64,000 nt of DNA from IMG/VR virus record IMGVR_UViG_3300042884_001120, positions 32,001-96,000 of that record. One strand, written 5' to 3'. Every line of letters starts with the position of its first letter. The first letter of the stretch is position 1. Under the pieces are notes generated by a model. That model saw only the letters and a list, made by a program, of their open reading frames with translations. It was not told the origin of the DNA and did not search any database. A program made the position numbers and the translations under genes. Shown here piece after piece: positions 35,998 through 46,243 of the stretch. Source of the stretch: a virus.

Positions 35998-37929
35998 ATG
36001 ACAAATAGAAAGAAGAGGGTTCTATTCCTTAGCGATTATGCCGGAGCGTTTACTGGATTCGGTAAAAATACTAAATTATTATTAAAGTATTTATACAAAA
36101 CCAAAAAATACGAAATATGTAATGCCGCACAGGGCTTACCAAAAGATGGCCCACATAATGATAGATTTCCTTGGAAAACAGTTGGAGTGCTCCCAAGCGA
36201 TCCGGCAAAAATTAATCAAATACAAAAAGATCCAAACCTAGGCAGGATGACTGCTTATGGTGACATGGAAATAGAAAATATAGTTAAAGAATTTAAACCA
36301 GACGTAATTTTTTCAGTAAATGATACTTGGGGATCGCATTTTGTGGTAGAGAAAAATTTCTTTAACACAATACCCACGGTATGCTGGAATACTTTTGATT
36401 CGCTCCCCCTACTTCCGGATACTGTAGAAAAAAGTAAAAAAATAAAGCATTATTGGACATGGAGTAACTTTGCTACAAAAGTATTTCATAAATACAATCA
36501 TTCACATGTAAAAAATCAATATCCTCTAGTTAATACAGATAACTTTTACAAGTTACCAGAAAGTAAAATAAAAGAAACTCTATTAAAGCATGGTCTACCA
36601 GAGGACTCATTTATTATTGGTTTTGTATTTAGGAATCAATTAAGAAAACTAATTAATACTCAAATTGAAGCTTACGCGCAATTTAAAAGACTTAATCCAG
36701 AGGTTAAAAATACATTTTTATACACCCATACTCACTATGGGGAAGGTTGGGACATACACAGACTATGTGAACAATACGGCGTAGATAAAAAAGAAATCTT
36801 GTGTACATATATTTGCAAAAGAACAAAAGAATATTTCATATTGCCATATACTGGACAAGACATTGAAAACCCCAAAACAAAAGAAAAAACACTAATAACA
36901 TCTAATTCCGGCTTTGGTATAACTGATGAACAGCTAAATGAAATATATAATATTTTTAGCTTTTACTCGCACCCAGCCACTTCCGGAGCTTGTGAGTTGC
37001 CATGTGTAGAAGCAGCGTTAACAGAAAAAATAATAGCTACTTGCGCTTACTCGTTTGGAGAAGATATCATAGAATTAAACAAGGGCTCAATAGGATACAA
37101 GTTTAGTTTTTATACTGAACATGGTACACAGTTTTTAAAATCCCAACCATCCGCTTCAAACATGTCACAAGTTTTCAAAAAAATATATGACATGAATAAA
37201 GACAAGAAGCGTGGTCTTGAAAAACTCTCAAGAGAGTGGGCGCTGGAAAATTACTCTATAGACGTTAATGGAGAAAAAATAGAAAATTTTATTGATAGCT
37301 TAAAAACACTAGAAGAAAAAGATTTTGACTTCGAAGGTTCGAAAACTAAATCAAATCCTCAAGCTCAAATTATTCATATTGAAGATAATAGGGAATGGAT
37401 AAAACAACTTTACTGCAAGATTCTAGGTAGGGAATCTATTGAAAATAATGACGAAGGCCTGATACATTGGGAAAAGCAATTATCAATTGGCGCACAAAGG
37501 AATGATATAGAAAAATACTTTAGAAATGTAGCCATTAACGAAGAAATTAAAAATAAACCCATTCAGTTATCTGATCTTTTCGATAAAGACGAAGGACTTA
37601 AAAGAGTTCTTCTAGTTCAACCAGAAAGCTTGGGAGATGTTTTCCTTGTTACAGCGCTATTCGAATCCTTGAGAAAAAGATACCCTCAAGATACTTATAA
37701 AATCTACATAGCAACAAAGCCAGAATATAGAGACATCATAGACGGCAACCCATTTATTGATAAGTGGATACCATACCATGAAATAATGGACTCGGCACTA
37801 GCAATGGAGGGCAGAGGAGAAGATAAGGGTTATTGTGATATTGTTTACCATCCATATTTTTCAACTCAAAGATTGTTAGATTATACACACAATGGTATTG
37901 ATAAAATTGATTTAGATATACATAATTAA
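35998..37929 (+). CDS. GT4-like glycosyltransferase fused to a helical module and the N-terminal half of a GT9
   Basis: TGFG, FRNQLRK, HPATSGACELPCVEA (GT4); LY..ILGR...D.EGL.HW (DUF4214-like); VLLVQPESLGDV...NPFID (GT9 N-domain). Confidence 0.85.
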   Translation: MTNRKKRVLFLSDYAGAFTGFGKNTKLLLKYLYKTKKYEICNAAQGLPKDGPHNDRFPWKTVGVLPSDPAKINQIQKDPNLGRMTAYGDMEIENIVKEFKPDVIFSVNDTWGSHFVVEKNFFNTIPTVCWNTFDSLPLLPDTVEKSKKIKHYWTWSNFATKVFHKYNHSHVKNQYPLVNTDNFYKLPESKIKETLLKHGLPEDSFIIGFVFRNQLRKLINTQIEAYAQFKRLNPEVKNTFLYTHTHYGEGWDIHRLCEQYGVDKKEILCTYICKRTKEYFILPYTGQDIENPKTKEKTLITSNSGFGITDEQLNEIYNIFSFYSHPATSGACELPCVEAALTEKIIATCAYSFGEDIIELNKGSIGYKFSFYTEHGTQFLKSQPSASNMSQVFKKIYDMNKDKKRGLEKLSREWALENYSIDVNGEKIENFIDSLKTLEEKDFDFEGSKTKSNPQAQIIHIEDNREWIKQLYCKILGRESIENNDEGLIHWEKQLSIGAQRNDIEKYFRNVAINEEIKNKPIQLSDLFDKDEGLKRVLLVQPESLGDVFLVTALFESLRKRYPQDTYKIYIATKPEYRDIIDGNPFIDKWIPYHEIMDSALAMEGRGEDKGYCDIVYHPYFSTQRLLDYTHNGIDKIDLDIHN

Positions 37930-37954
37930 TATCAATAAAAATGGAGGAATTATT

Positions 37955-39133
37955 TTGCACCTACTAGAAACATACGCCCTATCTACAGCAAGCAAGATAG
38001 GAAAGCCATATATACTTAAAAAATATTTTCCAATAGATGCGGAAAAATATATAACTATTCAAAATAGTAGCGGAATGCCCGGCAAATGTTATGATTTTTT
38101 TGAAGAAGTTGTTAAATTTTTAAAACCGTTACTGGATAGTAACAATTATAAAATAGTACAAATAGGAGACGAAAAAGATAGAAAAATATCCGAAGCCTTA
38201 GATTTAACTGGTAAAACTAATATAAATCAAACTGCACACGTAATATCAAGATCCTTACTTCATTTGGGTAATGATAGTTTCGCGGTTCATATGGCCAGTG
38301 CATTTGATGTCCCAACAGTTGCTCTTTATGGAATAACAACTCCAGAAATAGCTGGGCCATACTGGTCGAATAAAAAGATTAATTTATACTCAAATAAATT
38401 CAAGCCAAGCTTTAATCCAAATGAGTCTCCCAAAACTGTTAATAATATAAAAATAGAAGAAGTCGTTACCGCATGTGAACAACTACTATTTGGTAAAAAA
38501 TCTATAAATATAACCACTAATTATATTGGTTCTAGATATAATGATAGAATCATAGAAAGCATACCAAATCAAGTTATAAACAAAGAATTCTTTAAAGATA
38601 CTATCTTAAATCTAAGGTTTGACTATTTGGATGATGTAAGTGACCTTTCTAGTACTTTTTATAATTTATCGCAAAGAAGGTGTGCCATTGTTACTGATAA
38701 GGCCATAAATATAGAAAATTTAGAAAATGTAAAACAAAATATCGAAATAGTAATATACGATGTTAGTAAAGATGTTGATATTAGTTTTATAAAAAAACTA
38801 GAGAAGTTTGGCATAAATTATGTCTGTACAGTTGATAAAAGTTCTGTAAATGAGGATGTTATAGAAACAAGAAAATTTGAATTAATGGATTTTTGTAATA
38901 TTAATTTATATTTTTCTACTCCTGAAAACTTACCGTTAGAAATTAAAAATGAAACCCTATTTAAATCTAATAGAATTATTTTAAGCAATGGTAAAATCTA
39001 CAATAGTAGAAGTGCCCAGCTTAGCGATATACCGATTGTCGCGCCGAATGCGCCAATAAAATACTCTGATATTAAAGATAAAAAAGAGTTTTTAAAAGAT
39101 ATTGATTACTGTTTCTTATATACTGAAAATTAA
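37955..39133 (+). CDS. C-terminal half of a GT9 glycosyltransferase plus an extra domain
   Basis: IVQIG, LDLTGKTNINQTAHVI, HLGNDSFAVHMASAF..PTVALYG; GGAGG before the TTG start. Confidence 0.82.
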   Translation: MHLLETYALSTASKIGKPYILKKYFPIDAEKYITIQNSSGMPGKCYDFFEEVVKFLKPLLDSNNYKIVQIGDEKDRKISEALDLTGKTNINQTAHVISRSLLHLGNDSFAVHMASAFDVPTVALYGITTPEIAGPYWSNKKINLYSNKFKPSFNPNESPKTVNNIKIEEVVTACEQLLFGKKSINITTNYIGSRYNDRIIESIPNQVINKEFFKDTILNLRFDYLDDVSDLSSTFYNLSQRRCAIVTDKAINIENLENVKQNIEIVIYDVSKDVDISFIKKLEKFGINYVCTVDKSSVNEDVIETRKFELMDFCNINLYFSTPENLPLEIKNETLFKSNRIILSNGKIYNSRSAQLSDIPIVAPNAPIKYSDIKDKKEFLKDIDYCFLYTEN

Positions 39134-39170
39134 ACTTGACTTATTTAGAAATTTTTCAGAAAATATGTAA

Positions 39171-39992
39171 ATGGCAAGACAAAAGTTATCAAATACAGAA
39201 TCAATAGAAAAAGATTCCCCCCTCAATGTAGAGCTAGAAGCTCCTACACCTACTCGTTACCTAGACAAGGTAGACGGATTTTCTAGAGATAAAAATGGAT
39301 TTATACAATCTATAGAGTATGGGTTTAATCCAGATAATACAATTAATTGGCGTGGAATGATTAAGCCTGAACATCTAGTTCCTAACAGGGATTCCTTTAA
39401 AAATTCTCCAGACATAAATCTAAAGGAAATAGACGTATCAACACTTCCAGACAACAAGCTCCTGATTTTACTTGCTGGTATTAAAGAACTGGCGCAAATT
39501 CGTGGTTATGAAAACGTAGAATATGAGGTAATAGAGGCTCGTCCGGATTACGTTGCGGTAAAATGCACGATTAACTGGATAGGCAATTATGAAACCAGAA
39601 ATTCAAAAGTCAGTTTTTCTGCACTAGCGGATGCCCATTGGGATAATACACATAATTTTGCAAAAAACTTTTTAATGGCAATTGCTGAAAATAGAGCATT
39701 TGTTCGTGCTGTTAGAAATTTCTTAAAAATTAATATTGTTGGAAGTGACGAAATGGGTGGTAAGAATTCCCCAGTTTCGAATACTGAATACGAGCCATCT
39801 ACAGGCCCAGACCCAGTATCACTTTTGCAAAAAACAATGAATGATTATAATATATCATTCGATAAAATCAAAGATGGGGCAATAAAAAAGGGTATAGAAG
39901 GCGCAGAAACATGGTCATCCTGTGATGATATTCCCCCATTATCTATATTTACTATAGTTAGCGGAATAAAAAGTAAAAATAAGTTATCTTAA
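39171..39992 (+). CDS. Rad52/Sak-like single-strand annealing protein (putative)
   Basis: LAGIKELAQIRG, VAVKC.I.W, SALADA, AIAENRAFVRAVRNFL.I..VG.DE. Confidence 0.55.
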   Translation: MARQKLSNTESIEKDSPLNVELEAPTPTRYLDKVDGFSRDKNGFIQSIEYGFNPDNTINWRGMIKPEHLVPNRDSFKNSPDINLKEIDVSTLPDNKLLILLAGIKELAQIRGYENVEYEVIEARPDYVAVKCTINWIGNYETRNSKVSFSALADAHWDNTHNFAKNFLMAIAENRAFVRAVRNFLKINIVGSDEMGGKNSPVSNTEYEPSTGPDPVSLLQKTMNDYNISFDKIKDGAIKKGIEGAETWSSCDDIPPLSIFTIVSGIKSKNKLS

Positions 39993-40207
39993 TGAAATCC
40001 ACCGGAATTATTGTTCAGAACACTAATCCTACAAGTCAATTAGGAATATCTAAATTCGAAACTTGTTCATTTAGAACAGATAATAAAATTATTAAAAAAT
40101 CTTGCTGTTCAACAAATAATGTTTCTGGCTATAAGTGTAATTTAAGAAATATTTTTCCACTTTCGTATATACAGCATTGCGAAAAATGCGATAAGTATCA
40201 GCCTTAA
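39992..40207 (+). CDS. small Cys-rich protein, paralog of 28042..28227
   Basis: TCSFR..SCC..GYKC..RNIF..CEKC..Y; start overlaps the upstream stop. Confidence 0.7.
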   Translation: MKSTGIIVQNTNPTSQLGISKFETCSFRTDNKIIKKSCCSTNNVSGYKCNLRNIFPLSYIQHCEKCDKYQP

Positions 40208-41067
40208 ATTAGCTTACCACCAAATCTTTGACCAAGAGTAGATACAGTGCTTTCACAATCTTTTTTACATGTTTCATTAAACCTACTTTCGTCTCCCCCA
40301 TCCCAATAAAATCTATCACAACATCTTGTTCCTATTTCTATAGAGCCATCAACAGAAACCAAAGTTGGCGTATTTCGCGAGAAACTTGAACCATAAAATG
40401 GTATTACCCCATAAGTTGAAAACTTGACGCCACCTAATACATTTATATTTCCCGCATATCCTGCGATTTTAGACGACATAGATAAGGATGAAGATTGTAA
40501 TAAAATAAATATTTTAGGCCAATATAATCTTTTGGCAAAAACTATATCAGACATATCTATTTTTATATAGCCACTTGCACCAACGAATGTATGAATTGGA
40601 CCAGCTGAGCATAAGACTCCTTCATTAACCCTTACAATTGAACTAGTTAGAATATTTGGAGATATAGATTTATCAATCTCTACTGTTTTTTGTGTAACAC
40701 CATTTATAACACCTTCTCTTTCTTTTCTTATTTTTTTTCTATAAGTATTTATAATTTTCGTATAGCCATTTAAATTAGCGTTATTACCAGACCCTCCAAG
40801 ATTTATATTAGCTAAACCAGCATTTGCGCCAATTATACCCCCCGTGTTCCCACCTCCTTCTATAAACTGAGTGAACGGATCATCACCACCAATAGACGAA
40901 GAACCAATACGTACTCTATAACTTCTAACGGTCCAATATAATTTTACCATCTCTCCCAATGTTAAACCAATTGGCCTATCGCTACCAGATCCAGTCAAAT
41001 AATTTCTTTCTGGTAACTCGTCAGGATTATATGGCAAATGGCCTAAAAAATTTACATTAAAGCTCAT
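40204..41067 (-). CDS. putative tail/virion protein
   Basis: Last gene of the leftward structural run; Gly-rich with C-terminal cysteines. Confidence 0.6.
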   Translation of the reverse strand: MSFNVNFLGHLPYNPDELPERNYLTGSGSDRPIGLTLGEMVKLYWTVRSYRVRIGSSSIGGDDPFTQFIEGGGNTGGIIGANAGLANINLGGSGNNANLNGYTKIINTYRKKIRKEREGVINGVTQKTVEIDKSISPNILTSSIVRVNEGVLCSAGPIHTFVGASGYIKIDMSDIVFAKRLYWPKIFILLQSSSLSMSSKIAGYAGNINVLGGVKFSTYGVIPFYGSSFSRNTPTLVSVDGSIEIGTRCCDRFYWDGGDESRFNETCKKDCESTVSTLGQRFGGKLI

Positions 41068-41683
41068 TTACAGAATTTATAGAATTTAAATGATTTGAGC
41101 CACCTAAATATGGACTTGGAAAAATAATTGGCACCCCACTCATCATGGAGGCCAATAAGATTATGTCTGTACTTAATATTTGAACAGGGGAAAAAGATGC
41201 TCCATCTGTTGGTAGTGGTTTTGTGCCGCCATTTTTATTCGTATCATCGCTTCTATAACCAATTAATGAGTAACATTTAATTTGACGTTTTCCATCTACT
41301 AGTTTTTTTACTCTGCCACTAGAATCAAACTCGTCTGTTGGGTTTATCCAGAACATATCTGGATAACTTTTCCATAAATTTGGATTATTCTGATTTACAT
41401 TTCCAGCCTCTGCTCCAACCGTTGTACACTTAATCTCGGCACCACTTACTTGAAGATTAGGTAATATTGTAAAATCTATATATATTTTTTGATTTGCCTC
41501 AAATGCTAATTTCTGATTTAAGCCCTTTATTGGTATAAAACTGCCAGTATTATAGCTAAAAGTAGAAAAACAAACACCATTGCTAACCATATAACCACTA
41601 CCCTCTCCAGTCCAAGGAACTATTTCAAATGGAATGTTTCTAGCTTCTTCTTGTGGAGTACTTTTTCTTCTAAAATAAGACAT
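41057..41683 (-). CDS. putative tail/virion protein
   Basis: ATG 41683 (MSYFRRK) follows the stop of the 1495-aa gene. Confidence 0.6.
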   Translation of the reverse strand: MSYFRRKSTPQEEARNIPFEIVPWTGEGSGYMVSNGVCFSTFSYNTGSFIPIKGLNQKLAFEANQKIYIDFTILPNLQVSGAEIKCTTVGAEAGNVNQNNPNLWKSYPDMFWINPTDEFDSSGRVKKLVDGKRQIKCYSLIGYRSDDTNKNGGTKPLPTDGASFSPVQILSTDIILLASMMSGVPIIFPSPYLGGSNHLNSINSVNEL

Positions 41684-41696
41684 AATAATATATAAA

Positions 41697-44600
41697 TTAT
41701 AAATTTTTAATACCAAGTAATCTAAATGTAATACCAGTACCAGAAGGCCCAAAGTTCTTACCGCTAATAACGATATCCGCCACATCTATCTGCTCATTAT
41801 CTAAAGTATTTAAAATATTAGAGTAAAAAGATCTAAGCTGAATTACAGAAGAATTATTACCTATCGAGTTAGATTGTATAGAGTTATAGTAATTTAGCCC
41901 ACTTAAAAGATTATTATCCCTATATGAAATAATATTAAAGTTCATTCCAGTTTCTATATCCCAAACACCAGTAAAGGATCTTACTCCGGTAAATTTATTA
42001 ATATATCCTGTTATTGCACCAGAAGCGTATCCAGTATAATAACCTGTTGAAGCAAACGATACAGATGCCATTCCTGAAAAATTACTAGATGGAGACATTT
42101 GTAAATAAGAAGTTTTACCGCCAATTAATGTAGGATTTGGGATATTAATACCTGAGGTATTTGATGTTAAAGTAATAGAATTTCCAGAATCCCCAATAGC
42201 TATTGAAGTTAAAATTATTCCACTAGGCCCAAAAGCTGATCCAGTGCATAGAAAAACTCCCGAATTATTATTGATAATATCAACTAAGGCAGCTCTGGTA
42301 TTAAAAAAATCTGGTGCCAAATAATTTAAAGTATCATCATTATATGATATACTCTTATTATTAATAGATATAAAATCAAAATTATTTAATTTAGTATTAT
42401 CAATATAAACAACTCCAGTAGATTGCTGAAGCCCAGTTATTAATGGGTAATATGGATAATTATTATTATCAATATAATATCCACTTCCAGTAGCCATAAA
42501 TGATTGATTGTAATATCCATCATTGGAAAGGCCTCCTGTAATACCAGTTAGATAAAAATATCCAGTTACTCCAGTTTCACTATAACTCACTCCAGTTAAT
42601 AATCCAGTAAATTGTCCACTGGTTTTACCTGTTACATAAATATTATTATTTGAAAATAAACCACCAAGTGAGGTCGCCTTATCCACAATTGATTTTTTTA
42701 TAATAGTTTCCTCCGTAGAAAAAATACCACTTCCAGTAATATTTTTTGTATAAGTTTTGTCAAAAACCACTTCTTTAGTTCCAGTGTCGTAAAAATAATA
42801 ACCATCAAAAGTATGCGATAATAAGCCAGTTCCAGTAAAATTTCTAGTCAAAAATCCCGTAATATTACCAATATACTTACCGCTTCTATTTAGAAACTTT
42901 ACATTCCCTTCATTTACTGTTGGAATATATTGAATTTCTTCATTATAAGCTCTATAAACACCACTCATAGAGTCTCCACTAATAGTATAGTTATAATCTC
43001 CACTAAAAATAAGTGGTACAATATCACCTATATTAACAGTATAATCAGCACCTATTAAACATGATGACTGTCCAGAATGAGTGGTGATTCCAGTTTTTAA
43101 AGCGGAAAATAAATTTAAATTTTTGAAATAAACTTCATTTTTAGGTATTGAATAACTTTCCCTTCCTGCTGGTATTACGCCACTGAAATTTCTTGCAACT
43201 ATTCTATATCTATCAAAATTCAAATTAGTAATATCATATCCACTATTTGATAACCAGCAATTTAAATATTGTCCAGTTGGATCTAATACCCATCCAGTTC
43301 TAATATAAGATAAATATACATCTTCACTTTTTCCCTTATCTCCAATATTATCTGCCGTTACTCCCGAGCATAAATAACAATTGGTATCTGGAAAACTATA
43401 TTTAATAGCTATCGTAGGAACGTTTCCCTTGGAACACGCTTCCGAATCTTGTACTAAATTTAATTTTAATTTTTCAGACCATTTTGCGCAAGGGTCAACC
43501 AGATCGCTCCCACTGCACCCATTTACTCCAATTGGCCAACCAGTTGGGGTTTCAACTTTTATATCTCTAGATACTTGAATGGGCCCTCCACACTCTGGTT
43601 TAAGGTTTAGTGTTGATAATTGCGTTAAATCTAAAATAGTTTTAAAACCACCACTTATAGGATTTTCCACAAGAGTAATTTCTTCATTAGTAAAGTCTTG
43701 ATCTAATGACGCCATGCCTTGTCCAGAAGACAAGAAGTTATCATTTTGCATGTTTAATTTAATCGTGTCACCCTTTCCTGTAAGAAGTTTATACAATCCA
43801 CTTCTACGATCCAGTACTGCCCACCTACCATCAAGAGATCTCATAGCATTTGTTTGGCCCTGTATTTCTATAACATCTGGAATTAAGTAATCAAAACCAT
43901 TTTTTATGCTTTTTGTATAAGTTTCAGAATACTGTGGACTCCTATCCACTAAACTAAGACTGAAATTAAAACCTGATATATAATTTCTAAGAGATTTAAA
44001 TCTAATGATATTATTGTAATCTTCCTTGCCACTGTATTCTATACCAGTTAGTTTTTCGAATTGCATTAAACTTCCAGTTATATAAATCCCACTTGACTGC
44101 CCAGACAAACATTCATATGGATACCACACTGGGTAAGATCTTCCTAACCTATTATTAAGTGCGGAATTTAAACTGTCAATGCTATTAAAATCGTTTGGAT
44201 AAAATAATGAAAATCCAGTTGTTGGATAAATTGGATTATTATTTAAATGATAAGCTTTATACAAACCAGTATAGTCATAAGTATATAAAGAAAAAGACAA
44301 ACTGTCACCACTAATGAAATTGTTATATTTAATTTCACCAGTTCTAGTTGCAAAAAAATCAGTAATTGAAGAATTCTGTGTTACAGTATTTTGAGAAGCC
44401 GCACCATCGAAACCTTTAAAGAACGGATCACTTTTAAATCCAGATTTAAGTCCAGATATGTATTGATCATATGCAGTACCAGAAAGTGCTCCAGTATAAC
44501 ATATAACAATATCTTCAGGTGTCTCAATATCACCACACTCCGTAGGTTTAATACAGTAACCAGAATACGATGTAAAACTAATGCCAGTTGATTGCGAAAG

Positions 44601-46184
44601 AGATGGTATCTTTAAACTTTTTAAATAATTTAGTTTATTTTGTTCTTCATACCCACTATTAACTACTATATTATCAAAAGTAATTTTTTGAACAAGTTCT
44701 ACGGCATAAGAAAAAACATTCTTAGATAAACCTGACATATTAACACCCGTAGAAACATCATAAGCAGCCCAAATTTTATCATCCGCTGACAGTACTGAAT
44801 AAGTTGGCGGCTTAAAATTTAAATTTTTTACTTTAACACCTTGCCTAACTAGCTGTTGTGGAGAGAAAGTATCTTTAATTTTAAAATTTGTACTATAAAA
44901 ATCTTCATAAAAATAATCTGACACAATAACACCAGCATCTCCAGTAGCGATCCCAGTATAATTAAATTTTGCAAATTCTCCACTATTTTCTAACCAAGAA
45001 TCTCCACTTTTATATAGCCATAAATTTTTATATACCTCTATTGCCGTGTCAGTTGGATAGCTATACCTATCATCGTTTTGATATAATATATTACGACCAG
45101 ATCCATTATTATATATAGTAGATACTTGCAATGGTGAAATTGTTTTATTCCATATAGCAACTTCATCTACTAATCCACTAAATGGATTAAACATAATGTC
45201 TCCACTAACAAAACCGCCAAGACCGAATCCAGTAAATAGTCTATCAAATGTACTTGAATAAGAACCGGCCAAACTACCATTCCAGTACAATTTCATGCCA
45301 ACATTTTGCTGCGATGTTAACACAACATGATTCCATCTATTTGGTAGCCAAGGTTGATATTGTGCAATATTAGCACTCTCCACCCCATCATATACCCAAC
45401 CACCTAATCCAGTATTATCTTTATCAGCTAAAACTAGCGCCTGATTTCTTCCAGTTATTCCAGTTCCAGATATGGTACCAAGCGTCCAAATACAAGAAAG
45501 TTGATCAATGCCGCTCATGTTATAAGCATTAAACCAACAAGAAATAGAGTAATTATTTGGACCAACAACTATTCCAGTAGAGTTAAGGTAGTTAAGTCTG
45601 GAGTCTGAAACAAAAGCTGCGGCAGCGTTATTAATTCCACTTGCAGACCCGACAAAGCCTGATTGTAATAAAGTATTATTTTGCCCATTAATGCTATTGG
45701 GCCTATTTCCGGCAAATTGATTTAGTTTCCAATAAGCAATCAAATCATTAGTTAAAAATCCACTATATATCCCACTTCCACTTCCAATAGTTTGACCAAG
45801 AGAAACTATAGCTCGATTATATTCAGAACCTATAGACCCATTATTAGTAGCTATAATTAAGTTATTTCTTAAAAAATCTCCAGAACCAGAGGTGTAAGTA
45901 GAAATAAATTCAAATTCATCAATAAAATCTAAATTGGTAGTATTAAATACCTCGAAGGCATATTGCCATGTAGGAGTTGGCGTTGGGGTTGGGGTCGGCG
46001 TGGGGGTTGGGGTAGAAGTTGGGGTTGGTGTAGGCTCAGTAACATCCACTAAAATAGCTAAATTATAAGTGTTACCAGCCGAAATACCACTAGCCAATCT
46101 TCCAGTAACTAAATTCGGGACATAGTTCTCCAAAGAGTCGCCAGAACCCCAAGCATATAGATATCCAGTTTGATTAGTTGCCAT
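41697..46184 (-). CDS. large virion/tail protein: single RCC1-like repeat, Pro-Thr linker, LamG/ConA domain, TG/SG-rich body
   Basis: YLYAWG..ISAG..YNLAI; (PT)n; LIAYWKLN..YSISCWF..WNHVVLT..LYWNG..FSGLVDEVAIWNK...IYN.G.G (LamG). Confidence 0.8.
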   Translation of the reverse strand: MATNQTGYLYAWGSGDSLENYVPNLVTGRLASGISAGNTYNLAILVDVTEPTPTPTSTPTPTPTPTPTPTPTWQYAFEVFNTTNLDFIDEFEFISTYTSGSGDFLRNNLIIATNNGSIGSEYNRAIVSLGQTIGSGSGIYSGFLTNDLIAYWKLNQFAGNRPNSINGQNNTLLQSGFVGSASGINNAAAAFVSDSRLNYLNSTGIVVGPNNYSISCWFNAYNMSGIDQLSCIWTLGTISGTGITGRNQALVLADKDNTGLGGWVYDGVESANIAQYQPWLPNRWNHVVLTSQQNVGMKLYWNGSLAGSYSSTFDRLFTGFGLGGFVSGDIMFNPFSGLVDEVAIWNKTISPLQVSTIYNNGSGRNILYQNDDRYSYPTDTAIEVYKNLWLYKSGDSWLENSGEFAKFNYTGIATGDAGVIVSDYFYEDFYSTNFKIKDTFSPQQLVRQGVKVKNLNFKPPTYSVLSADDKIWAAYDVSTGVNMSGLSKNVFSYAVELVQKITFDNIVVNSGYEEQNKLNYLKSLKIPSLSQSTGISFTSYSGYCIKPTECGDIETPEDIVICYTGALSGTAYDQYISGLKSGFKSDPFFKGFDGAASQNTVTQNSSITDFFATRTGEIKYNNFISGDSLSFSLYTYDYTGLYKAYHLNNNPIYPTTGFSLFYPNDFNSIDSLNSALNNRLGRSYPVWYPYECLSGQSSGIYITGSLMQFEKLTGIEYSGKEDYNNIIRFKSLRNYISGFNFSLSLVDRSPQYSETYTKSIKNGFDYLIPDVIEIQGQTNAMRSLDGRWAVLDRRSGLYKLLTGKGDTIKLNMQNDNFLSSGQGMASLDQDFTNEEITLVENPISGGFKTILDLTQLSTLNLKPECGGPIQVSRDIKVETPTGWPIGVNGCSGSDLVDPCAKWSEKLKLNLVQDSEACSKGNVPTIAIKYSFPDTNCYLCSGVTADNIGDKGKSEDVYLSYIRTGWVLDPTGQYLNCWLSNSGYDITNLNFDRYRIVARNFSGVIPAGRESYSIPKNEVYFKNLNLFSALKTGITTHSGQSSCLIGADYTVNIGDIVPLIFSGDYNYTISGDSMSGVYRAYNEEIQYIPTVNEGNVKFLNRSGKYIGNITGFLTRNFTGTGLLSHTFDGYYFYDTGTKEVVFDKTYTKNITGSGIFSTEETIIKKSIVDKATSLGGLFSNNNIYVTGKTSGQFTGLLTGVSYSETGVTGYFYLTGITGGLSNDGYYNQSFMATGSGYYIDNNNYPYYPLITGLQQSTGVVYIDNTKLNNFDFISINNKSISYNDDTLNYLAPDFFNTRAALVDIINNNSGVFLCTGSAFGPSGIILTSIAIGDSGNSITLTSNTSGINIPNPTLIGGKTSYLQMSPSSNFSGMASVSFASTGYYTGYASGAITGYINKFTGVRSFTGVWDIETGMNFNIISYRDNNLLSGLNYYNSIQSNSIGNNSSVIQLRSFYSNILNTLDNEQIDVADIVISGKNFGPSGTGITFRLLGIKNL
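45970..46035 (-). repeat. degenerate 6-nt coding repeat (Pro-Thr linker)
   Basis: Encodes EPTPTPTSTPTPTPTPTPTPTPT. Confidence 0.9.
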
Positions 46185-46243
46185 ATTATTCCTTTTGCCT
46201 TATAATATTACACTTGATATATTATTTTTTTAAATTTATATGA

